Positions 1-11,200 of a stretch of 64,000 bases of DNA are shown here, piece after piece; position 1 is the stretch's first letter, and every line of letters starts with the position of its first letter. Source of the DNA: Amoebophrya sp. A120. Taxonomy: Eukaryota; Protista; Dinoflagellata. The stretch lies in the NCBI GenBank assembly GCA_905178155.1, contig CAJINV010000003.1, forward strand, positions 6,105,985 through 6,169,984, given 5' to 3'. The notes beneath the pieces were generated by a model that saw only the letters and a program-made list of their open reading frames with translations, was not told the DNA's origin and did not search any database. The translations under genes were made by a program, and so were the position numbers.

Positions 1-3000
1 ACGAAGTCGGCGGCGTTCGCCACCAGGGAACCCTCCTGGAAGTCGTAGTCCAGCAGCGCCTCCTGCCGGGTGTCCGACGGTTGCCCGTAGAACCACTGGT
101 TGTCCCAGTACTGACCCAACAGGCCTCCCACCTCCAAGGTCTGCACGTTCACCGTGAACACCCCCTGTGTGTGCAGGGTCAACGAGAAATCGTACACGCC
201 GTCCCCGCGGTACTCGGGCTTCAGGCAGCACAGCGGCTCCGTCAACAGGTCGTCCTCGCGGAACAGCGGGTGCGTCTCCGTCACTCGGAGACACAGCACC
301 CCCGTTTTGTCCTTTTCGCACACATTCTGCACGGACAGAACAAAGGGCCGCTCCACCGCGTTAGGGCCGGTTTCGTCCACGCGCGGCTGCACGGCCAGTG
401 CGCCGGTTGAAGAACTGGCGTCGGGCGCCACCGCTTGCATCCGAATGCTGAACTGCTCGCCGCTGACAACGGTCTGCGGGAACGCGGTCGGGTAGCTGTG
501 CGGTACTTGCAGCAGGTCCCTCAAACGCACGCTCGCCTCGATGGGCCTCGAGGTGCCCACCTTGTTGATGGCAAACACCCGGTAGGTGTACTTGGTGCGC
601 AACGACAGCCCCTTGCGGTCGACGTGGAACACGTCCGGCGTGGTTGTCCCGTTGTAGACGACCCGCCAGCCGGGTCTGGCTGTGGTATTCGTCGCGTTGT
701 TCGACAGCTGAAGATCTTCAGCGTCGTCGGTTGCCTTCTCCAAAACCGCAAATCCCATCAAGGCCGTGCCACCGAGGTCTCGGGGCAGCGGCCACGTGAT
801 GCGGAGGTCGTGTGACCCGAGTTTCAACAATGTGGGTTTTTGCTTTTCGGGCAGCGGCTCGTCGTAGTACCAGGGAGCTTCGTCCGGCACCGTGGCCTCC
901 CCCGTGATCTCGTCGTACCCGGCAAACACGGGAACGCTGCTGGCGAGGTAGGTGGCCAGACTGGAGCCGGGGCCCAAGGTGGCCGCGTTTGCGTCCAACA
1001 CGGCGAACGTCTGGAACCTGTAGTACGCATCCGGCGTGAGGCCAGTCATGCTAATCTGATTGTCGCAATCCCCCAAGTACACCTCTGTCGCCAGCGGACC
1101 CCCCGCGCCATCGTCCATGAGAACCTGACAGCCTTCGTAGTTTCCCTTGCCGTACTTTGCAAAGGATTCCGGACGGGTGACCAGAAGGTGGATTTCGCCG
1201 GGCCTACTATACACTAGGGTGGGCGGCTCGACCTCCCCAGCCGATGTTGGTGTGAAATCTGGAATGAGATTTTCCGCCACGCGGCCCCCGCCGATCGGGT
1301 CCATCACCGCGTTGTACAACGACGGAACCCTGGCGGTTTGCGCTCCGCCGCTTGACGTAGAAGAAGTTGTACCCGAAGTTGTTCGCGCCGTCGCTGCGGA
1401 ACTGGTGCTTGCTGCAGAAGAAGCACTTGACGTTGTTGAGCCAGACATAGTACTCGAAGAACTGGTCGAGGAAGACGACGACGAACTGGATGAAGAACTG
1501 TGATAGGATCCCAGGGCCATTAGCCACGTGCTTGCGGAATACAAGAGAAAATTTAGAGCGACTGAAGCTGCTGTAGTTCCTCGGACAGTCTTCCTTCGCC
1601 CTCCACGTCCACCAGTCCCAGCTGCAATGCTATGTAATTTTTTCGGCTTGGCAGGGAGAAAAAATCTAGAAAAATGCGTTATTGTTGCGATGTGGAGCAA
1701 CACGTCCCATGCAAACCACGACGACCACGTTGTGCCGTCGTTTGCAGCATATGCTTTTTTCCTTTGGCGTGGCGGTTGCCGCTTAGCTTTGCAGCTCGAG
1801 TCGCTAATATCGCTATCGCCGACATGCACATCCTGCGTTTCCAAAGGAGCCGCAACCGCAGGCTGGACCTCCGCACGGCGGCCCGCAGACTGCCACCGGC
1901 CGCAGGCTTTATCTGCATGAGCTTGCACGTCCTCCGCACAGTTGCATAGCAGTGCCTTCTTGGTCTTGCCACACAATGTCGGTCCCGCGCCACAAACATC
2001 CGTTGCGTCGCGTTGCTCTTTATCCTCTGCTGCTGCTGCTGCGCCGCCAACTGAGGAGCCACCAATGACTCCGTACGCGTTCGCCGTATTTGCGACCCGA
2101 ATAGTAGCCGCGCGGCCACTTTTTGCCGCCTCCACCTGGGTGTTCTTTGTGCACCCAGCGACCCATGATCGGCGAGGCCTCTCCTCCTCTTCCGGGCGGC
2201 GCTGGCTGGGGTTTTCTCCTCGTTCAGCTGGAGCCGCAGCCTTTTTCGCAGTTTCGGCCTGAAGCCTCCGAGCTGCAGCTGATCTTGCGACGAGGACCCT
2301 TGTTCTGATGACATCTTCACGTGGAGAGGAAATAACTCGGTGCACAACTCTGCGTGCATCAATGTTGTTGCTCGTCCTGAGGAAGCGTGTGCTTTTTCTT
2401 GTCGGGTCGTACTTTCCTCTACATCTACTCCTGGAACCGTACTGTTCCATGGTTCGGGCTCCGGTTCTGCTGCATCCGGCTCGGGTTCTGCGAAGGGTTG
2501 CAACCTCTCGGGAATCGTCATCTCGTCGTCGCTCTCCTCCGAATCGCTCGTCTCGTCCCAATCGTTGTACTCGCCTTGTAGTTCCGCGCTCTGCTGTTCT
2601 TCGTCCCCGCCTCGTTCGTCCTCGCGCGGGGGTTCGTCCATGAAGAGAACTTCGTTGCGGCCTGGCATGGGCGGCAGCTCCCATATCCGCTGCCGTCGCG
2701 GCCCTCCGTGCAAAAAAGAAAAGGTCTGGTCGTCGGCAGCATGATAAGGGCTCCTCCACCACGTAGCCGGAACGGTATTCTGAGCGAAGCTGCCGTTTGC
2801 ACCGCTTTGCTGCGAAATGGATTCTGGTGCGTCGCGGCTTGCGGGACGACCGGCGTTCATCCCTGCATTTCGGGGGCAGCGGTGATGAAAAACGTCCTCT
2901 GGACGACCCGGGAACCGATGCTCGACGCTTACTGCCTTTCCCTGTTCCGTTTCTGGTGTTGGCTGAAGATTGCAGTTCGCTGCCACACTGTGACTCTTGC

Positions 3001-3385
3001 CCGTCGCCGCTTGTTCCACGGCGTCGCGCTGGCTGCTGGGTGACGAGGGTGTGGCCTGCCCGGTGCTGAATATTGCCATTCGCTCCTGGCTGCTGAATAT
3101 TGCCACTGGCGCTGTTCGGGTTCGGCCGGATGACGAGGGCGTCGTCATTTCCCACACAAGAGCGAATCTCTGATCGCTTCCTTGCCCACGTCGGACCTGC
3201 ATATCTGCACCTGCGACGTGGTTCGAGAGCATGTGTACAACCGGGCGGCGTCGCTCGTTGCGAGCACCGCCGCACGTTTCGTATTGCTTGTCCGCGGCAG
3301 TTGAAGTTGAAGTTGATCTGTCCCCCTCCTCCTGCTGAATATTCGTCATTCGTCCAAGAGGCGACTGGGGACATGTCGTTGGCAT
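1..3385 (-). CDS. Large fibronectin type III repeat-containing protein, 5' part; runs off the left edge; N-terminal exon structure uncertain
   Basis: A minus-strand frame absent from the ORF track, read by hand from ~2430 to ~990, gives a Ser/Thr-rich linker then PPTLVYSRPGEIHLLV...YEGCQVLMDDGAGGPLATEVYLG...ISMTGLTPDAYYRFQTFAV, an FN3-like repeat. Continuation to the left edge is inferred from the track omitting it. ORF 1679..3385 is a low-complexity upstream segment in another frame. Confidence 0.55.
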
Positions 3386-4470
3386 CGCGTGTTTTGTAGC
3401 ACCGCCGCCGTTATTTTCACGAGCGGCGAGGTAAGGTCTCCTTCTCCATCACTGCGCATGCATCAATAAACGCCAAGCTTGCAGTATCGTAAGCTGTGGC
3501 GCAGATCACGCACTAGAAGATTTCCGCGATAGCTTCCACCCGCCCGTGAATCTTCGTGATAACTTACTTCATCAAACCACTTCCCCGAACGGTCGTTCGT
3601 CGTCAAGATCGAGGTTCTGTTTTGCTTCTCCCTGTAGTGCGTCTGCGTGCGTCGAAACGCGGAAGGGATGCTTGTAGGAAGTTGACAAAAAACATACAAC
3701 TCGGGTATAAAAATATGCAAACGAGACAAGTAAAGGTTTTCCCCAACAGTAGTGTACAATATCTTGTTCAACACTTCAAAGTAGTTACATGCAGGAATTC
3801 GCTGCCAAGCAAAACTGAAGCAAAAATCTCCCGACTCTATGAAGCTCGCTAAAGCTTTACTTCCAATTCAAGATGAAATAGAAATAGAAATCACAGCAAT
3901 GGACATATAAAATCAAGGAAACGACGACACCGATGAACGAAGTGAACGAAAGAACGAGTGCCGCTCAAGCGTGAGTGAAGAAATGCAGTAAAATACTTAC
4001 CGCAAATCCTTAATATTTCCTCACTGCTCGTCCTGTTCCTGACTCAACCTAATTGCCACTTCAGAGCGACGTGAGACGCACACAAACTACGACATCTTCG
4101 TCACCCTAAGCAACTGCAACAAGAATATCTGGTACAATTTTGCCTTCAGCCGACCAGAAGTGGAACAGAAGAGATAAAGAAATGAAAATCCGGCTGGCTG
4201 GTGCTGGTGCTAGCGCTTGCGCTCCGACGTAATTCGCTGTTCATTATTTGTAAATCCATTTACAGCGCGCTACAACTACTCATCTGGATCTGCTGAAGCT
4301 AGTGCCACTCGTCCAGCAAGATCCGCGGGAAAAGAAGACATTAGCAAAAGCGTTCTCAGGACTCGCTTCGCGTTTTGATATCGTAGTCGTTCGTTAGCAT
4401 GATGCGCCATCCCCTGTTCGCTACGTTTTCATCACTTCGAGACGCGGAAAAAAAGCGCAGTTCCGCGCTG

Positions 4471-5287
4471 TCAAGCACCATCTCCACAGGGGCCTTCCAT
4501 GTCGGCTTCGTTCGCATGACGCCTGCCAGTAGTACGACCGGTCGCCATTTTCTCCAGAAACGAGTGGCGCTTCGGCTTTTTTCCAAATACGCAACGGTTC
4601 ACGTAGGCAGCGACGGCCCCGCGGGTTTTGAACCGTTCCGGCTTCCGCAAAACGTCGTCGCGAAACTTCGTGCAGTGTCCCATGCAGGGTTCACTACACG
4701 CAGGCTCTCCGATGCAGCCGCAGGCTTGCTCACAGATTGTGAGCGGGCAGGAAGAGTCGCTCGCGGTCACGCAATTGATGAACTCTCCCCCAGCCCCGGT
4801 CGGATGTAGGCTTCCGCACGTGCTCATGCAGTTGTGCATCTGGGTGGCGTAATTTTGGCATGCGACGGAAAGAGCACCCCCACCACAAAAGTCCGTGGCG
4901 AACTGCACCGGCGCCGGTGTGCATCTCCGTAGCTCTTTGTTGAACTGGGGGTAGTCGAAACACGTACTGCAATCATCCCCAGGCTGAGGATGAGGTGGAT
5001 TGCGTTGAAACGATTGTAACGATTGAGTTTAATTGCAAAGCCAGGCAAGAACACCTACTACATCGGAATAACGATCAAGACTTCTTTTTCAAGACATTCA
5101 TTACGTCATTCATTCTTTGTTGAAAAACGGTGCTTACCAGACAAAAGTTCAGGGATTCGCAGAATGTTTCGTTGTCCGCACACGATGACAAAGCTCGGCC
5201 GGAAACCGCTATCCCGCACGACGTTGGATCAACGACACAAAATGTCAAGATTCCGGCCACGGCACGCGTCCTCCTCATCAAAGCCAT
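4471..5287 (-). CDS. Small cysteine-rich, probably secreted protein (at least 2 exons)
   Basis: Exon ~4471-4985 reads PGDDCSTCFDYPQF...DFCGGG...ACQNY...NCMSTC...ICEQACGC...CSEPCMGHCTKF. Upstream ORF 5075..5287 begins with a signal-peptide-like MALMRRTRAVAGILTFCVV. The junction was not resolved. Confidence 0.5.
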
Positions 5288-5508
5288 CGGTTCAACAGAA
5301 ACAGAGCCTCGGCCTTGGTGGCCGAGGTGGGTCTTTTAGATAAGTACCTACTTCGAATAAGGACCGAATTCAAACAGACTGAATGCCGGCATGTAGTATC
5401 GCATGGTACATATGGATATGCTGTGCGGTCGTCGCTATGCATTTGCAGATCAGATCAGAATATTACGGCTCGGCTCGGCTGTCGGCGAGTGGCGAGTGGT
5501 GGGGCGGT

Positions 5509-5770
5509 CCAGAACTTTAAGAGTACAGCTGGAGCTTTCATGAGCTAAAACTTGACCACGCTTACTGCTATAGTAGAGGCGGCTAACGATGAGGGCGGCG
5601 GCGTTCCAGAATGAGGGCGGCTAACGATGAGGGCGGCGGCTAACGATGAGGGCGGCTTACTGCTATAGTAGAGGTGTCGGGCGGCGTTCCAGAACTTTAA
5701 GAGTGCAGCTGGGGCTATTCATGAGCTATAACTTGACCACGCATACTAATTTCTAGTAGAGGCGGCTAAC
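5509..5770. repeat. Complex imperfect direct repeat with internal shuffled sub-repeats
   Basis: A unit of about 80 bp (ccagaactttaagagtRcagctgg...cttgaccacgc...tagtagaggcggctaac) occurs at ~5509 and ~5689. Between them are several copies of ggctaacgatgagggcggc. Confidence 0.85.
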
Positions 5771-8242
5771 AGCGAACTTGTCCTCCCCCCGCGATAATAC
5801 AAAGCCCCGGCCTGAAACTCATGCTTACTGGGTGGGGCAGGGAAATTTAGGCCATAAACCCGACAAGGACGCTGAAAGTCTTATACTTGGCCAACGAAAT
5901 AACTTCACGCGCCTGACGGGAGCACCACCGCTTTAACCCTAAAACCCTGTCTAAGTTATCAGTCACTTACAACTATTTGGTCCTAGTATGCAAGTTCCTA
6001 ACTACGGCATGCAATATCACCTCGGCCTGGATCAGAAATTTTCATTTTTTCATTTTCCGAATTAGTCACCCTGAACCCCTCTATCAAACTTCCCTAGTGC
6101 ACCAAGACCGCCCGGCCCACACGGGCGCTTCTTTCCCCAAGTGGAGATATACTCGTGCACAGGTGGGGACGCTCTTGGCTACACTGGACTCGCCGATAGG
6201 AATTTACGATCTACGTGCTTCTGAACCTTTTAGAAACGGGAACGCTGGAACGGCTTGAGCTTCTTGCTTCACGTAAAAATTTACCACCTTCTTCTTTCTT
6301 TTGGCCGAGGTGTCTAGGGCGCTACTAGTGCCAACGATCCGCACGAAGGTCTTTGCGCTACGAATATTTGTAGGTCGAAGATGGGCGCTACGCGGAATGT
6401 ACTACACGAGCAGGCAATGTGACGGCCACGGCACCGCAGTCACGAAGACCGCCATACAAAACTAACTATCCTCGTCATGAGGCTTCCCGCGAACGTCACG
6501 CCTGTCGCCGCATCTGCTGGCGCAACAGCAGTGCGAGGGATGGACTATTCTATACCCGCAGGCAACATGCTACACATCCCTGTTTAACTAACCCGGTCGG
6601 TGTGTTAGTTTTTTATGTGTTAATTCCTGGCACACCAGAAGCGCTAGTAAAAAGAACTCATAGACTTTTTCTGTTTTGAACACCGCCAGGCTATTTTACT
6701 ACTACTTCCTACTCCAGCTCTTATCTTACTAACTTTTACAGCTACTAACGCCGCCCGCTTTGCCCTTTTCTTGTTTTCTCTTCACACACACTTGACAGAG
6801 ATTTTTTCCACCAGACAACCCTGCTGCCCACAGCTTCATCATCTTCACAGTTGCAGCATAGCCATGCTGCCGGTGTTCGTCTCGGCATCTGGTCCTGCGG
6901 GGTCCATGAAATGGACGTCGTTGCCGGCTGCTTTGACCCTCAGGCCCGGCATGTAGTCCTCCCGGCCCGCAACAGGGCGAGGCACTCATCTGCGGCAACT
7001 TCCCAACATCGTCAGTGGCACTTCCGCCCCGAGGACCCGCTAGTCGCCCGCACCCGTGCGGCCCGCATCGGCCGCCACCACCACATCCTGGTCGCCCGCT
7101 GGGCTAGCACGCGTTGTATTCGTACATTGGCGTCTGCAGTTGCGCCGTTGCCTCGGGTTGCGCCCGGTGTGGTTCTGCGTTGGCGGCTGTGCCGCCGGGT
7201 GTCGTGTGTGTGAGCATCTTGACCTTGAAGGTCGCGCCGCTGCTGTCGTTGCCGTAATCGGCCGCTGGCTGCATCACCAAGTCTGCCTGTCCCCCTGGGT
7301 TTCCTTATGTTACCGTTTGGTATGCTCGCACACGTTGGTGCGGCGGTACAACAGTTTTTTGGAGAGAGACTCAAGAAACCCCCAGTGATAGATAGATAGA
7401 GCTGGACGGACTAGTGGACAGAGAAAAGAAGAAAGAGCGCTATAGTGGGCCACTACCTGTACTTAAAAATAAAAAAACGTTGATAAAAAGTAAGGGAAAA
7501 AGGACATCCTACGACCTTGACTGAGAACTAGCGTTTTTGTTACAGTTATACTCGTGAGCGAAAACTTTCAGTGCCATACACGACCAACAAGGTTTCACTG
7601 CGAACACAACTTTCAAGCTTTGCAATCGCATTTGCCCGTCAGACGCGGTACCGAGTTTCACTTTGCCACCACAGCAATCGCCTCCATTTCGTCATTGGCG
7701 TTGCGTCACTTTTCCACATTTATCCACCACACATTTCAACCTGGCCCAAGTACAGGCCTGTTCTTGCAACAAGCAACAGCAAGTACAAGAAGTCGTCGAG
7801 ACCAGAGCCACAAATAAAGTTCCGTTGAAGTAGCTAATTCATCTCCTTCCACTTTGTTCACAACGTCCGTGCATCGTGCACCTCATGATTCCATGATGGA
7901 TCACGAGCCGAAGTAAACGTCGATTCTTTGGATGTAAACGCAGGATGTAAACGCAGGTCAGAGATCAAGAAAGTCAAACGCAAACGCATTGAAATAGAGC
8001 TTTCTCTTTTGCAATTTGCAAGTCTAAATGATAAAGTCAGTCTAACTAAGTTCTCAGCGCTCAACGAACTGCTAAAAAAAAGGACAGCAAGCACAAGCAA
8101 GCTTCAGCTATTGGCTTTTGAATTAACGCGGTATCTTTTTCGCGATGGTTCACCTCTGCGTCGCTTTTTTGTTTCCGCGCCAAAATTCCGCCCGCAGGGC
8201 AGATCATCGATCAATCCGGAGGACAACATCATCAAGAATCGT

Positions 8243-11200
8243 TTAGATGTTTTGAAGCGCCAGCAGACTGGATGCCACCTTCTTGCCTGCGTTTCGCACC
8301 TTATTCCGAGTCGACTTTCCAGTATCCTGCTCTCCGCCAGCACCGCTTGGGCTTAATGGTTCCGAGGGAAGAGTCGACGTGATACCTTTCTCACCCCATG
8401 AGGTCACACACCCTCGCGGAACCAGCAAGCCAACGCGCGGATGCAAGTCAATTACTTCCTGGAGCATGGCCTGCGCTACACTATCGACCTTGAAGCTTTC
8501 CCGGACCAAGTTGCGGACGGAGGTACGAAGTGACTGTTTGATAAACATTTGAATTTTTTCAAGTATGTAGTTTCAATGACTTTCTTCTGCGGATTTTTTC
8601 GTGAGTGCAGCAGCAGCTGTACACAGTACTATACTTCTGACCCCTTTGATGACATAAAACAGCCCAAGAATACAGATCGCGAACAAGAAAAGTACATACT
8701 TACAAAACGAAAAAGCAACGTACGTCCTCAATGTCCTGACAGTGGTGATCGACTTGCTTCACTGTGGCCTCCGTGTCCGTGACGAGCTGCTTCATTTCAT
8801 TTGATCTTTGCTCCTGGTAATCGACTTCCGAATCGAGGTGTTTCTTGCACTCCAGCATGAGATGCCGCGCGAACCTGGGCTCCACGTTAAACTGCTGTTC
8901 CAAATCTAGGACGTCGATGCGCATCCGCAGTCGCTGTCTCTCCCGCTCGGCCTTGGACATTTTCTCTTCGTCCTGGAAAATCATTTTCGCTAGCACCGCC
9001 GCGTCCGCCAAGCTCATCTTCTTGCTCGCGAGCGAGCCACTCATCATGGTCGCGTCCTTCTCCTTGTTCTTCGCGGCGATGGCCACCATGGCGTCGGTGA
9101 CGGTTCTCTCTGCTTTTGCGGTGGCTCCCGGGTCGCGGTCGGGTTCGTCGTCCTTCTTCTTTGTCTCCGCCCCGCCGGGCTTTTTCTCCGCTTCCTCGTC
9201 CCGCTGCCGTTTTCTTCTTGTGCGGGGGGATTCCTGCGTGGCTGCGCTATCTTGTTTGCTCTCGTACGCGGCCCGTTGTGCGAGTCGCGTCTCCGTTCGC
9301 TGCGCCAACACTGTCTTACGACCGTAGGCGAGAGCCTCTCCCGATTCGGTGCAGAAGTCCTCGTAAATCTCCTCGACGCTCTTCACGCCCTTGAAAAGCT
9401 TCTCCATCTCGCTGTTCAGAATCCCGAGCTGCAGATACGCACGCCGCTGCAACAGCCAGTCCACGTTCCAGTTCAGCTCCCCTATGAACTCACCCGCTTG
9501 CGCAAAAACACCTGTAGTACAATATTGGTTTGGGGAATTAATTCTCGCACTCTCCGAAAATTAGTTTCATCTTCTGGCGTTTTCTGCATCCGCAAGGTTG
9601 TCGAGGCCTGAATTATCGTAAATAAACACAAACAGCACATAGCGACAGCCGCTCCACAACTAGCAGCGCAACATGAGCCACAAGGCCGCAGGACCTGGCG
9701 GATCGACTGATGACATAATTGACACGTCGGCTGTAAAAACAGTTAACAGACTACTTCTACCTTTTGCGTCTCCGACCCGCGACTTGAGTTCTGCGTAATG
9801 ATCGAAGATGAGCGCAATGAGCAGGTTGAGCAGAATAAAGGTCATGATAATCATGAAGCTCCAGAACCAAAGCGTCGCGGTGATCGGACTCAAATCAAAC
9901 ATCTCGTTGAAGTCGAACTCGCCTAGGATCGCCAGAAAGGAGGTGTTCACAGCCTTCGATGTCGTGGACCAGTCCTCCAATAAACTCCCGAACAGGGCAT
10001 GGCCGCCGAGCGCGTAGGAAACGAAGACGACGAAAAAGATGAGCAGGTAATGTACCATGTCCACCACACTGAGGTAGAGCGCGGATGACAGTACCGCGAG
10101 CCGGGGCTGTCCCTGGAAGGCCTTGAAGAAACGCATCATCAGGATCAGCGTGTACCAAAACAGCAGATTGTACTGGATCCTGTGCGGTTTAATGACTTTT
10201 GGTTTTGTCTCCTGAAACAGAAACATCATCGTCCCTCATATAAAAAGCTTATTTGGAACATTAAAATTACCCTTTGGTTACACATCTATCAACAAAAAAT
10301 GCACAGCACACTTTGCGGTAAAAGGAGCTGCAAAAAAGGTTGTGAACAATACCATTGCTGGTCGGCCAAATCTTATCCCACGAAAAAACTGTTTCACTGT
10401 GATGATTTTGCAAAATCCGCATCACAAGTTTGTTTACACATGACACTGAAAATTTGTCATGCGCGCTTCCCAAGGGAAAACGCGCTTGAAAATCCAATGC
10501 CTTGCAGGTGTAGCAACACAAATCGTTCTGTGTTGCATTTTCTGCATCACAAGTTCAGTGAAGCAGTTTTTTTTTGCGATAAATCTTGGATTTTGTCGAT
10601 GATCTGTCCCCACTGGTCGTGGTAGCTTTCGATGCTGCTGGTTGCCTATCAAGTGTAAAAGTGTCTGGGTCTGGAAGAGTGCGCGACTTGTCATGCAGCT
10701 TTTCCATGACCCATGAGGTCTGGAATACAGGACCTAGCATGACACATTCTGCGCGATCTCCATCTCTCTCATGCCTATCCTGCATGAGAAACTCCCTCCC
10801 GACTTGGTCAAAACTGGACGACTTTTGCGAGTCATTCGTTCGTTGTGGATCGGCTCTGCCGACCGGGTAACCCATCGCCTCACATACAAATGACCGACAT
10901 AGGCGAACCCCGTTGCGGGACATACAAACTGGCCGCACGGAAGGGCCCTAAGCGCTACATACATAGTCCACCCTAAGCGCCTACCACTTCGGTCGGGACT
11001 GCGTCTACCTGGTCCTGGGGGTCTACAGCGCACTAGCCCTTTGCGAATCATGCAACACAGATTTTTGCATGCTTCAGATTTCGCATGACAAGTTGCATTC
11101 TTCCAGACCCAGACATTTTTACATTTGATATTGCCACAAAGTTGCCGTCCGCGTCAATCTGTGACGGAGTGGCGGGTAGCGCCGCGATTTCCTCTGCCAG

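Noticed and set aside
3486-3530. Additional TATC/GATA words (also near 8381, 23527, 46155) as further introners
   Set aside because: No matching 5-bp TSD or extended inverted repeat was found.
6729-7388. GC-rich patch with several short ORFs
   Set aside because: No consistent frame or recognisable domain; it may be a decayed gene or element but is unsupported.
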